Position numbers and translations under genes: made by a program | Shown here: positions 17,218 through 24,856 of the stretch, piece after piece | Position numbering within the stretch: position 1 is the first letter of the stretch | Layout: the number at the start of each line of letters is the position of its first letter | From: a virus | Taxonomy: Duplodnaviria > Caudoviricetes | Strand: one strand, 5' to 3' | DNA: 64,000 nucleotides | IMG/VR virus record: IMGVR_UViG_645044602_000001 | Coordinates: 1 to 64,000 of that record | Notes under the pieces: model-generated | Told to the model about the DNA's origin: nothing | Database searches by the model: none | The model's input: the letters and a program-made list of their open reading frames with translations, nothing else

Positions 17218-17766
17218 ATGTTTACCCAACAACTCCCCGCTGAAGTCTTCCGTCTTCAACGGGAATTTATCAAGGCAATGGGTGGCAAGCTCGACTTTGC
17301 TTGGGCTGCTGAAACTCTCGTTGCTGAAGAAATCAAAGAACTTCGTGAAGCCTTCCAGAAGCCTGAACTCTCGGACGAAAACATCGGTGAGATCTTCAAA
17401 GAACTCTCTGATGTGATCTATGTCGTGGCTCACTTTTACAACGTGATGCCTATTTACGCTCCAGAAATCATCTCTGATGAGAGGAACCAGAAGATCCAGT
17501 CCATCCTTGATGAAGCTGCTATTCTGGTCTCCGAGGTGTGTCAGAAACTCCGTATCCCTCTCCCGCTGCTGCTGGCAGCCTATGAGCGTGTCCATGCCTC
17601 GAACATGAGCAAGCTGGGTGAAGACGGCAAGCCTGTCTACCGTGAAGATGGGAAGGTCACAAAAGGACCGAACTACACCAAACCGGACATGGCTCCGTGG
17701 TGGATGCTTGGAAGCAATTCCAACGCAATGAAGCAGAAGCGAACCAAGGAGCAGAATAAATGCTGA
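17218..17766 (+). CDS. MazG/PRA-PH-like NTP pyrophosphohydrolase (C-terminal indel likely; true stop ~17759)
   Basis: EEIKEL...KELSDVIYV and VHASNMSKLGEDGKPVYREDGKV.KGPNY.KPD. Confidence 0.88.
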   Translation: MFTQQLPAEVFRLQREFIKAMGGKLDFAWAAETLVAEEIKELREAFQKPELSDENIGEIFKELSDVIYVVAHFYNVMPIYAPEIISDERNQKIQSILDEAAILVSEVCQKLRIPLPLLLAAYERVHASNMSKLGEDGKPVYREDGKVTKGPNYTKPDMAPWWMLGSNSNAMKQKRTKEQNKC

Positions 17767-18077
17767 GATCGTTGAGTGATTCTGATTTCCAACTCGAAGT
17801 CAGACAACATCCTGACCCTATCATCATCATGTTTACGGGTTCATGGTGTCAGCCATGCCAAAGAATGAAACCAACCTTTGAAGAGATGGCCTCTCAAATG
17901 GAAGGTGACATTCGATTCGCATACATGGATGCTGAAGATGCCACAAATACTATGGCTGAACTCAACATCCGCACTCTGCCTTCTTTGACTTTGTTCGTGG
18001 ATGGAATGATTCGAGAAGTCTATTCTGGAACCATGAACAAATCGGATCTGCGTTTCTGGATCAACAACAACATCTGA
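17760..18077 (+). CDS. trxA: Thioredoxin
   Basis: WCQPC active site; IRTLP cis-Pro loop; 105 aa. Confidence 0.92.
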   Translation: MLRSLSDSDFQLEVRQHPDPIIIMFTGSWCQPCQRMKPTFEEMASQMEGDIRFAYMDAEDATNTMAELNIRTLPSLTLFVDGMIREVYSGTMNKSDLRFWINNNI

Positions 18078-18078
18078 G

Positions 18079-18190
18079 ATTCGGCTCTCAGGCTGGATGG
18101 ACCCCCGTGTGAGGTGACTGCTGAAGTAGAGAGTAACTACCTCGAAACTGCTGAAGCCAAGAGATACCGGGGCAGCCTGAGATGTCCGGA
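18079..18190 (+). ncRNA. Candidate structured non-coding RNA
   Basis: Nested stems TCTCAGGCTG/CAGCCTGAGA, CCCCG/CGGGG and GAGGT/ACCTC; two ACTGCTGAAG copies; immediately followed by a terminator. Confidence 0.5.
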
Positions 18191-18191
18191 T

Positions 18192-18229
18192 AAAAGCCCC
18201 CTACTGGTAGTTCGGTAGGGGGCTTTTTT
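18192..18229 (+). terminator. Rho-independent (possibly bidirectional) terminator
   Basis: AAAAGCCCCCTAC...GTAGGGGGCTTTTTT. Confidence 0.88.
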
Positions 18230-18255
18230 CATCCCTCAAACTAAGGAACAAAACC

Positions 18256-18483
18256 ATGAAGAACCCTTTCGTCACTTCCCGTAAGACCGTAGATGGTGTG
18301 ATGGCTGCTTTCACGCAGACGATTAATGACCTCGACAAGATTGCCAATCAGAACATGGCTGATGTCCATGCCCTGACTGAGCAACAAAAGCAGATTCAGC
18401 TTCAAATCGAGGCAGCCAATGCTGAATCGACTCGTGCTGACAACATTAGTGCTTCGCTCCGCAATCTGATCGGCGCAAACTGA
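18256..18483 (+). CDS. Small coiled-coil protein upstream of rIIA
   Basis: AAGGA RBS; heptad pattern. Confidence 0.75.
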   Translation: MKNPFVTSRKTVDGVMAAFTQTINDLDKIANQNMADVHALTEQQKQIQLQIEAANAESTRADNISASLRNLIGAN

Positions 18484-18508
18484 TCTCTCACCAACAGGAG
18501 ACTATCCA

Positions 18509-21091
18509 ATGCAAGTTCTTAACGGTGGTGATTTCGACCAGAAAAATGTGCTGATCGGAGGGACCGGAAAGACCGAGAGCTTCGGGGTTACAAATGACCC
18601 CGTGCTCATGGGTATGTTGTCCACTGGCCTCTATCAGAAGCCTCTTCGGACCATGATTCAAGAAACGATGTTCAACGCTTGGGATGCTCACCGCATGGGC
18701 AACTGCCAAGACAAGTGCATCGACATCTACATCAATGATACTTCGGGCCTTATCATTCGTGACTATGGTCCGGGTATCCACAAAAATGAGATCCATCCCA
18801 TTTACTGCATCTATGGGAACTCAACCAAACGCAACAATGATGAACTGACAGGTGGCTTTGGGCTTGGTTCCAAATCTCCCTATGCCTATGCAGACAGCTT
18901 TACAGTGACATCTCACCATGATGGCTTCAAAGGCATGTACATCATGAATCGTGTCTCTGAAGAAAACCAAGGTGGACCGGGACGATCTATCATCTTTGAG
19001 GACATCCCTACTCCTGAATCTGGTCTTGTCGTGACCATTCCTCTGAAGAACGATAACGACATGTTTCGTGCCTACGAGTGCATCAAAGACATTCTCTATC
19101 TGTCTGGAATCAAAGCAAGAATCCATATGAAGGATGAACCTCCTGAAGAGATTTTTGCTGACACTGTGCCTCCCGGTGAATGGATTGTGGACGAAGATAA
19201 GCAAAAAGGTCAGCTTTTTGCTGTCTATGGTGGGGTTCGTTATGAGATCATCAATGATGATGCTTACGATGACGAGTTTCGATTTGTCCGAAAAATGTCA
19301 AACTTGCTGGGCAATATGTACATCGGTTTCAAGGCTTCGACTTTGACTCCTCTTCCCAGTCGTGAAGGTCTGAACCTGAACGAACGTACTGTGGCAACCA
19401 TCAAGAATCAGCTTGAAGTGATGGAAGAAAACTTCCGACAGATGCTGAATCCGGTAGCTCGTGTCATGATCAACGAGTCTTTCAAGTCTCTTTGTGAGTC
19501 TGGTATTGAACCCAAATTCCTTGTGGAAGCATGGGTCAAAGTAGGTGATCAAAAGCATCTTTCAGATATGGTTGATTCATCACACCCCATCATGGATGCT
19601 GCTAAGGAACAATGCCCCTCAAGCATGAATCAATCCATGTGGAACAGTCTGTGTGATTTGTCCTATCGACGTACTCAAGACGTGTTCAAGATGATTGGTG
19701 GCGATAAATTCAACACCATGAAATATATCGTCTGGGCTAAACGATTCCCTCAGTACAGGCACTACAAAGATTATCTGTTAGGACGAATTTCGACCCGTAA
19801 GAAAGAGTACAAGAATGTTTTCTCATATGAATGTCCTCTTTCTATGGCAGATCTTATCACTGCCAAACAGATCTGCGATGCAGCCTCAAATCAAGACACT
19901 GATATTCGTGTGGCTCGTCGTGACAACTGGGAACCAGTTGAAAACATTCGTCGTGCCGGGAAGCTGAAGGATCTGTCCTACAAAAAATTGGCTATTGCCA
20001 ATGCTCTTCTCAAAGAGAAGAAACTGAAGCTACCTGATACTCGGTATCCAGATCGTCTATGGTTCCTTAAAGACGGTGAAGAACTGAATGATGTCTATCT
20101 GACAAAAACCGTAATTCTGGCCAAAACCATTACGGCTCTGAAAGAGACTTCATTCAAATACCAAGCCATGTTCACTTCTAAATATCCGGAAGTCAGCAAC
20201 TACCATAACTTCCATCGTTCTAACTTTGGAACAGGATATTATTACAGTCACAATCATCCTGTAGCAGCCATTGTTGTTCACCAACGAAATGGAGGCTATG
20301 ACAACGCACTGAAAGCGTTGAAACAGGCTGGTTACACTGTCTATGAGGCTGATAAACCTGAAGTTCGTACACGGACTGTAAAGCCTGTTGCTGCTGATGG
20401 AACAACAGTTGCCAAAGAAGTGATCACCTATCCTTTGCTCAGTACCTCTTTTGTAAACTGGGCAGATTGGAACAACTCAGTTGAAAATCCGACGTGCTAT
20501 GTATGTGTAACTGAACACAAAGTCCGTCATGGATATTCTTCTGATAAACCAAGTACCAGACTCCTTAATTGGGTGTCTGCCAATACTCCTCGATTCGTGA
20601 TTCTGCACAACAAAAATCGTGCAGGTCGTCTCAAAAAGAAGGGAATCCCTTCGTTTGAGGAAAAACTCGATCATCTGGTCGATAAAATCCTTGCAGACCA
20701 AGAGCGAGTCAACAAACTCGTTCTACATAGCATTTTCATGGAACACTCAGATCTCCCAACAGAGCTTCGTGATCTTCCTGAAGTGCAAAAGTTCTTCAAG
20801 GTTCCCTATTTCAGAAACAGTCAAAAGGAAGCCTTTGCTCGTGATATGAATGTTCTCGTTGAAATTGAGAACATGCGTTCAAATGAGTGGGTCAGCCGAG
20901 ACATCATCAAGAAAGTCAAAGACTCGATGGATGTGGCTCGTAAAACTGACTCTGTTCTTTTGGTTCGTTCGATGGCCAATAAGACCAAGCTCTTCAACGA
21001 GTATCAACTGAGGGATTACCTCATAGGTCTGAAACCCGGTGAAGTGAAATGCTTCTCCGAAAAACTTCTACGCTTCTTGCGAACTGTTTGA
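18509..21091 (+). CDS. rIIA: RIIA-like protein
   Basis: GHKL ATPase N-terminus (E...NAWDAH, IRDYGPGI, STKR, GGFGLGSKSP); PLPSREGL; paired with rIIB. Confidence 0.92.
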   Translation: MQVLNGGDFDQKNVLIGGTGKTESFGVTNDPVLMGMLSTGLYQKPLRTMIQETMFNAWDAHRMGNCQDKCIDIYINDTSGLIIRDYGPGIHKNEIHPIYCIYGNSTKRNNDELTGGFGLGSKSPYAYADSFTVTSHHDGFKGMYIMNRVSEENQGGPGRSIIFEDIPTPESGLVVTIPLKNDNDMFRAYECIKDILYLSGIKARIHMKDEPPEEIFADTVPPGEWIVDEDKQKGQLFAVYGGVRYEIINDDAYDDEFRFVRKMSNLLGNMYIGFKASTLTPLPSREGLNLNERTVATIKNQLEVMEENFRQMLNPVARVMINESFKSLCESGIEPKFLVEAWVKVGDQKHLSDMVDSSHPIMDAAKEQCPSSMNQSMWNSLCDLSYRRTQDVFKMIGGDKFNTMKYIVWAKRFPQYRHYKDYLLGRISTRKKEYKNVFSYECPLSMADLITAKQICDAASNQDTDIRVARRDNWEPVENIRRAGKLKDLSYKKLAIANALLKEKKLKLPDTRYPDRLWFLKDGEELNDVYLTKTVILAKTITALKETSFKYQAMFTSKYPEVSNYHNFHRSNFGTGYYYSHNHPVAAIVVHQRNGGYDNALKALKQAGYTVYEADKPEVRTRTVKPVAADGTTVAKEVITYPLLSTSFVNWADWNNSVENPTCYVCVTEHKVRHGYSSDKPSTRLLNWVSANTPRFVILHNKNRAGRLKKKGIPSFEEKLDHLVDKILADQERVNKLVLHSIFMEHSDLPTELRDLPEVQKFFKVPYFRNSQKEAFARDMNVLVEIENMRSNEWVSRDIIKKVKDSMDVARKTDSVLLVRSMANKTKLFNEYQLRDYLIGLKPGEVKCFSEKLLRFLRTV

Positions 21092-21110
21092 TCAAACGAA
21101 AGGACGAAGC

Positions 21111-22541
21111 ATGTCTTCAAACACGAAAAACATCGTGTCAATGTTGGCTTCCGAAGAGAAAATCATGCTGATCACTGCCGAAGGGCAAGTGCTCGACATG
21201 AAGAACAACGGACCCTACAACACGACAGCAATCGCGGAGTATCTTACTCCCAAACTTGATGGAAAGAGCGTGGTTCCCCTCGATCTCTCCAACTACATGA
21301 CTATCCATAAGGCCATCGTGCCTGAAGGATATGAGGGCAGCGGTATCGTTGTCACTCACATGATTGACGGCAAAGAGGTTCAAGGGATCTTCTATCCCCA
21401 AAAAGTCTCTGTGGCTGTTCAACATGAAGGACGCGAAGTCGTTATTCCCAACGTGGAAAATCTGGAAAAGCACGCTCATCGTGCTGCAACAGAAAACTCC
21501 CCTGCGGTGCGTAATTTCCTTCGTCGTCTTGCCCCAGTGGTCGAAAGTCGCCTCCACAGTGCAGAAGATCTGATGCAATTCATCAAACGGTCTGAGCTTC
21601 CGCTCACCAACGATGGTCTGATCATCGGCTACAAAAAGGTGAACCAGAAAGCCAATGGGATGTTCGTTGATGTCCACTCCGGACAGATCGAACAACAGGT
21701 CGGGAGTCACGTCTGGATGGACGTGGACGCAGTGGATCCTTCCCGGAACCGTAGCTGCTCTCACGGCCTGCATGTGGCCAATCTTGGCTATCTGAGTGGG
21801 TTCGGTGGTTCCCATACCCTGATCGTCTTGGTGGATCCTGCAAACTTCATTGCAGTCCCTCATGGCGAGACTGACAAGTGCCGTGTGTGTGCTTACGACG
21901 TGATCGGTGTGATGACCGCTCAAGCACACAAGATGGTTGATTCTGGTTCATTCGTCACGAGTGAACAAACCTTCAAATCAGTTATCGCTGATGCAGTTGC
22001 AGGACGTGCTATCAAGCCGTTCGAGGCTGTGAAGGTTGGAACCAAAACAGTCTTGGAACGAGTTCCCCTCAAAGGGAATGAAATTCCGTCTGTGGTATTG
22101 GAAGCTGCTCGACCTGACGTTCAACCCTCTGGTGAAAGTCTGAATACAGACATTGTTCCAGAACAAGAGAAGAAGGACATCGTTAAGATGGCAAAAGCGA
22201 CCAAAGCCGCAACTTCCGGCCAAATGCCTTGGGATACTGCTCCCAAGGAAGTCATCGCAGTCTTCGAAGATCTCCGTCTGGAGAAAGGTTCGAAAGCTGC
22301 AATCGCTGCTCTTCACAACACCTCAACCCGTACTCTGGGTCGGTGGGCTGAAAAGTATGACTACGACGGATATGTGAAGTCCAAAGAGACGACCATGACC
22401 GTTGGTCAGCGTGCTCGTATGCTGTTCCAGCAAGGCGCATTCGAAGCTCTGGCTTCGTTCAAGCGCACTGCAAAGAAGAGCTACTCTGCTCTGGGCTTCA
22501 ATAGCCAAGAGATCAGCAAGATTAAGAAGGCTCTGGCCTAA
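21111..22541 (+). CDS. rIIB: RIIB-like protein
   Basis: LTNDGLIIGYKKV, VD......CSHGLHV and VDPANFIAVP....K.RVC.Y. Confidence 0.92.
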   Translation: MSSNTKNIVSMLASEEKIMLITAEGQVLDMKNNGPYNTTAIAEYLTPKLDGKSVVPLDLSNYMTIHKAIVPEGYEGSGIVVTHMIDGKEVQGIFYPQKVSVAVQHEGREVVIPNVENLEKHAHRAATENSPAVRNFLRRLAPVVESRLHSAEDLMQFIKRSELPLTNDGLIIGYKKVNQKANGMFVDVHSGQIEQQVGSHVWMDVDAVDPSRNRSCSHGLHVANLGYLSGFGGSHTLIVLVDPANFIAVPHGETDKCRVCAYDVIGVMTAQAHKMVDSGSFVTSEQTFKSVIADAVAGRAIKPFEAVKVGTKTVLERVPLKGNEIPSVVLEAARPDVQPSGESLNTDIVPEQEKKDIVKMAKATKAATSGQMPWDTAPKEVIAVFEDLRLEKGSKAAIAALHNTSTRTLGRWAEKYDYDGYVKSKETTMTVGQRARMLFQQGAFEALASFKRTAKKSYSALGFNSQEISKIKKALA

Positions 22542-22556
22542 TCATCTGTTACTGGA

Positions 22557-22623
22557 AGCAGTAGTGCCAAAATCAGGCTTAATTCCCGAGGTTTTAAGAC
22601 TAAAAGAGGCACTACTGCTTTTG
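22557..22623 (+). terminator. Long hairpin/terminator after rIIB
   Basis: AAGCAGTAGTGCC...GGCACTACTGCTT 13-bp stem with T tail. Confidence 0.7.
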
Positions 22624-22632
22624 CTAACTCAT

Positions 22633-22647
22633 GTTCACTTTTTGTTC
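22633..22647. promoter_or_regulatory. Alphaproteobacterial LexA (SOS) box
   Basis: GTTC-ACTTTTT-GTTC matches GTTC-N7-GTTC; intergenic, 50 nt upstream of the HNH gene; near-match GAAC-N7-GAAG at 22671-22685. Confidence 0.65.
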
Positions 22648-22697
22648 TACATGACGCAAGTTCCGCCGCAGAACAGAAATCGAAGGAGATTTACCCA

Positions 22698-23006
22698 ATG
22701 TGTCGCCGCTCTGAAATCGAATCCAAAATATATGCCAACGTCGCTGTCATAGATCTGGGGTACGAGTCAGCGTGTCACATTTGGCAAGGCTCTGATTCCG
22801 GCACAGGAAGAGGTGGGGGCTATCCTCGAATGTGTCTCAACGGACAGACAGTAGCTGTCCATCGTGTTATGTATGTGAACCAAAATGGATACGTTCCGGG
22901 TAAGAAACAGATTGACCACAAGTGTCGGAATCGAATGTGTGTCAATCCTGACCACCTTGAAATGGTTACTCATAAAGAGAACCAAAGGAGAAGAGACAAT
23001 GCGTAA
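22698..23006 (+). CDS. HNH endonuclease
   Basis: CHIWQG...GYP...VHRV...IDHKCRNRMCVNPDHLE; AAGGAG RBS. Confidence 0.9.
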   Translation: MCRRSEIESKIYANVAVIDLGYESACHIWQGSDSGTGRGGGYPRMCLNGQTVAVHRVMYVNQNGYVPGKKQIDHKCRNRMCVNPDHLEMVTHKENQRRRDNA

Positions 23007-23499
23007 ACTGTTTTTCATGGCTCCTCTGCTGCTTGCAGCTTGTGCGAGTCCTGCTGAACTCTGTGACCGTGAGGCACAGGAATGGAACAAATTCAACACT
23101 GAAGAGGACCAATGTGATGGACCAAGCAATCATGTCTACAGCCGTAGTGCTGATTGGACTTACGATGGTGGGGCTGCTGATTCAAATCCTGAATCAAGTA
23201 CGCCTGATGCGCCTTCTGAACCGAGTCCTGACAATGGAGGACCGGATTCTGGCACACCTTCTGATGGTGGATCAGATGGAGATAACGATGGCGGGGACTC
23301 CGGTGACAATGGAGGATCTAATCCTCCGGGATCTGGAGGAAGCGATGTCGGGGGCGACAAAAACAATGGAAACAATGGACATGGGAACGATGATGACGGA
23401 CATGACTCATCCAATCCCGGAAAAGGACATGGTGGCCCCAATGGAAACCCAGACGGAACCGACCAAGATGGCTCGCCGGGTAAAGGGAAAGGTCACTGA
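22999..23499 (+). CDS. Lipoprotein with Gly/Asp/Asn/Ser-rich low-complexity tail
   Basis: MRKLFFMAPLLLAA-C lipobox; NNGHGNDDDGHDSSNPGKG motif; AAGGAG RBS. Confidence 0.8.
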   Translation: MRKLFFMAPLLLAACASPAELCDREAQEWNKFNTEEDQCDGPSNHVYSRSADWTYDGGAADSNPESSTPDAPSEPSPDNGGPDSGTPSDGGSDGDNDGGDSGDNGGSNPPGSGGSDVGGDKNNGNNGHGNDDDGHDSSNPGKGHGGPNGNPDGTDQDGSPGKGKGH

Positions 23500-23889
23500 A
23501 TGATCTTCGTATTTGGTTCCAACAAATCTGGCATCCATGGTGCTGGTGCAGCCCGTGTTGCATTTAAGCAACATGGTGCCAAGTGGGGAATCGGAGAGGG
23601 CATAGTTGGAAATAGCTATGCCCTTCCCACCAAGGGATTCCACATCGAAGAACTTCCACTGCTAGAGATTCAATATTCAGTCAATCGTTTCATTGAAACT
23701 GCTGAATACTGGAAAGACAGAGGTGCAGAGTTCCAAGTCACTCGTGTTGGGTGCGGTCTTGGTGGTCACAAAGATCATGACATCGCTCCTATGTTCAGGA
23801 ATGCTCCTGACAACTGTCTCTTCGATGAGTATTGGAAGCCTTGGCTGGATACTCACAAAACCAAACGGAGATATTGGGGAACCTTCTGA
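23500..23889 (+). CDS. Macro-like (IFVFGSN family) protein
   Basis: IFVFGSN..G.HG.GAA..A, SYALPT and VTRVGCGLGG glycine loops. Confidence 0.75.
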   Translation: MIFVFGSNKSGIHGAGAARVAFKQHGAKWGIGEGIVGNSYALPTKGFHIEELPLLEIQYSVNRFIETAEYWKDRGAEFQVTRVGCGLGGHKDHDIAPMFRNAPDNCLFDEYWKPWLDTHKTKRRYWGTF

Positions 23890-24437
23890 TGACCAAAATC
23901 TTCTATGCAGGGATTGGTAGCCGTGAAACACCCGAAGACGTATGCAGAAAAATGTTTGCAGCAGGCAGGACAATGGCCAAACTCGGATTCATCCTACGAT
24001 CCGGAGGGGCTGCTGGGGCAGATGAAGCCTTCGAACTTGGCGTGGCAGATGCAGCTTCTGAACTCAATGTCTCAATCAGGGAAATTGCAGAAATCTACCT
24101 CCCATGGAAGGGGTTCAGGAAAAACCAATCTCCTCTCTATGGTTCGTGCAAACGCTCTCGACTACTTGTCAAAGAGTTTCACCCTAACTGGGCGAATGTC
24201 TCGCCAGCCGGACGTGATTTTCATGGACGAAATTGTTACCAGATTCTCGGAAAAGAACTGGACAGCCCATCAGCATTCGTCCTCTGTTGGACAAAAGATG
24301 GAGCTATCACCGGAGGTACAGGCCAAGCTCTCCGAGTGGCTCAAGAATACGGTATACCCATCCTCAATTTTGCATGTCATGATGACGAGTACATCAGTGA
24401 TTTTATTCTCGAACAAGCAGAAAGGATGCGAGGATGA
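23889..24437 (+). CDS. SLOG-superfamily (DprA/YpsA-like) nucleotide-binding protein
   Basis: YAGIGSRETP, LRSGGA.GAD.AFE, RN.YQILG and GGTGQA. Confidence 0.8.
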   Translation: MTKIFYAGIGSRETPEDVCRKMFAAGRTMAKLGFILRSGGAAGADEAFELGVADAASELNVSIREIAEIYLPWKGFRKNQSPLYGSCKRSRLLVKEFHPNWANVSPAGRDFHGRNCYQILGKELDSPSAFVLCWTKDGAITGGTGQALRVAQEYGIPILNFACHDDEYISDFILEQAERMRG

Positions 24438-24784
24438 GCGAACACAACAAGAGCGGACTTCGGTGGTGGATCTTCAACAGATTCGGACCCCCGGAAGTCC
24501 AAAACCTGATCGACCACATCGACAATATGACACAGGACGGTTCGGACATTGTGATCTACCAGTCTGGGGAGTTCAGCTTCAGTGTGAAAACTTCCAACAA
24601 TCAAGATTTGGATCCCTTGATCTTTCCAACTCCTCAAGAAAGAGCCTCTTTCCAAGCAGGACTGAGCTACGGAGTTGGGCTAATGGGTGGGACGACAGCT
24701 ATGCTTACCAAGGATGACTTTGAAATCATTGAACAAATGTCAAAGAAATCCACACATGGTGGTGGTGGACACCACAACAACTAA
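24434..24784 (+). CDS. Hypothetical protein
   Basis: ATGA coupling. Confidence 0.7.
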   Translation: MSEHNKSGLRWWIFNRFGPPEVQNLIDHIDNMTQDGSDIVIYQSGEFSFSVKTSNNQDLDPLIFPTPQERASFQAGLSYGVGLMGGTTAMLTKDDFEIIEQMSKKSTHGGGGHHNN

Positions 24785-24856
24785 ATGTGCTTGCTCCACT
24801 GGAGAACCACTGGTACATCACAAGACCCATTTCAAAGAAAAACCAAGAGGTCAGCC

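Noticed and set aside
18111-18150. Hammerhead or retron msr/msd interpretation of the structured RNA
   Set aside because: Core reads CTGCTGA rather than CTGANGA, and there is no reverse transcriptase in the window.
23905-24717. 270-aa alternate-frame ORF
   Set aside because: Overlaps two motif- or coupling-supported genes on the same strand and has no recognisable features.
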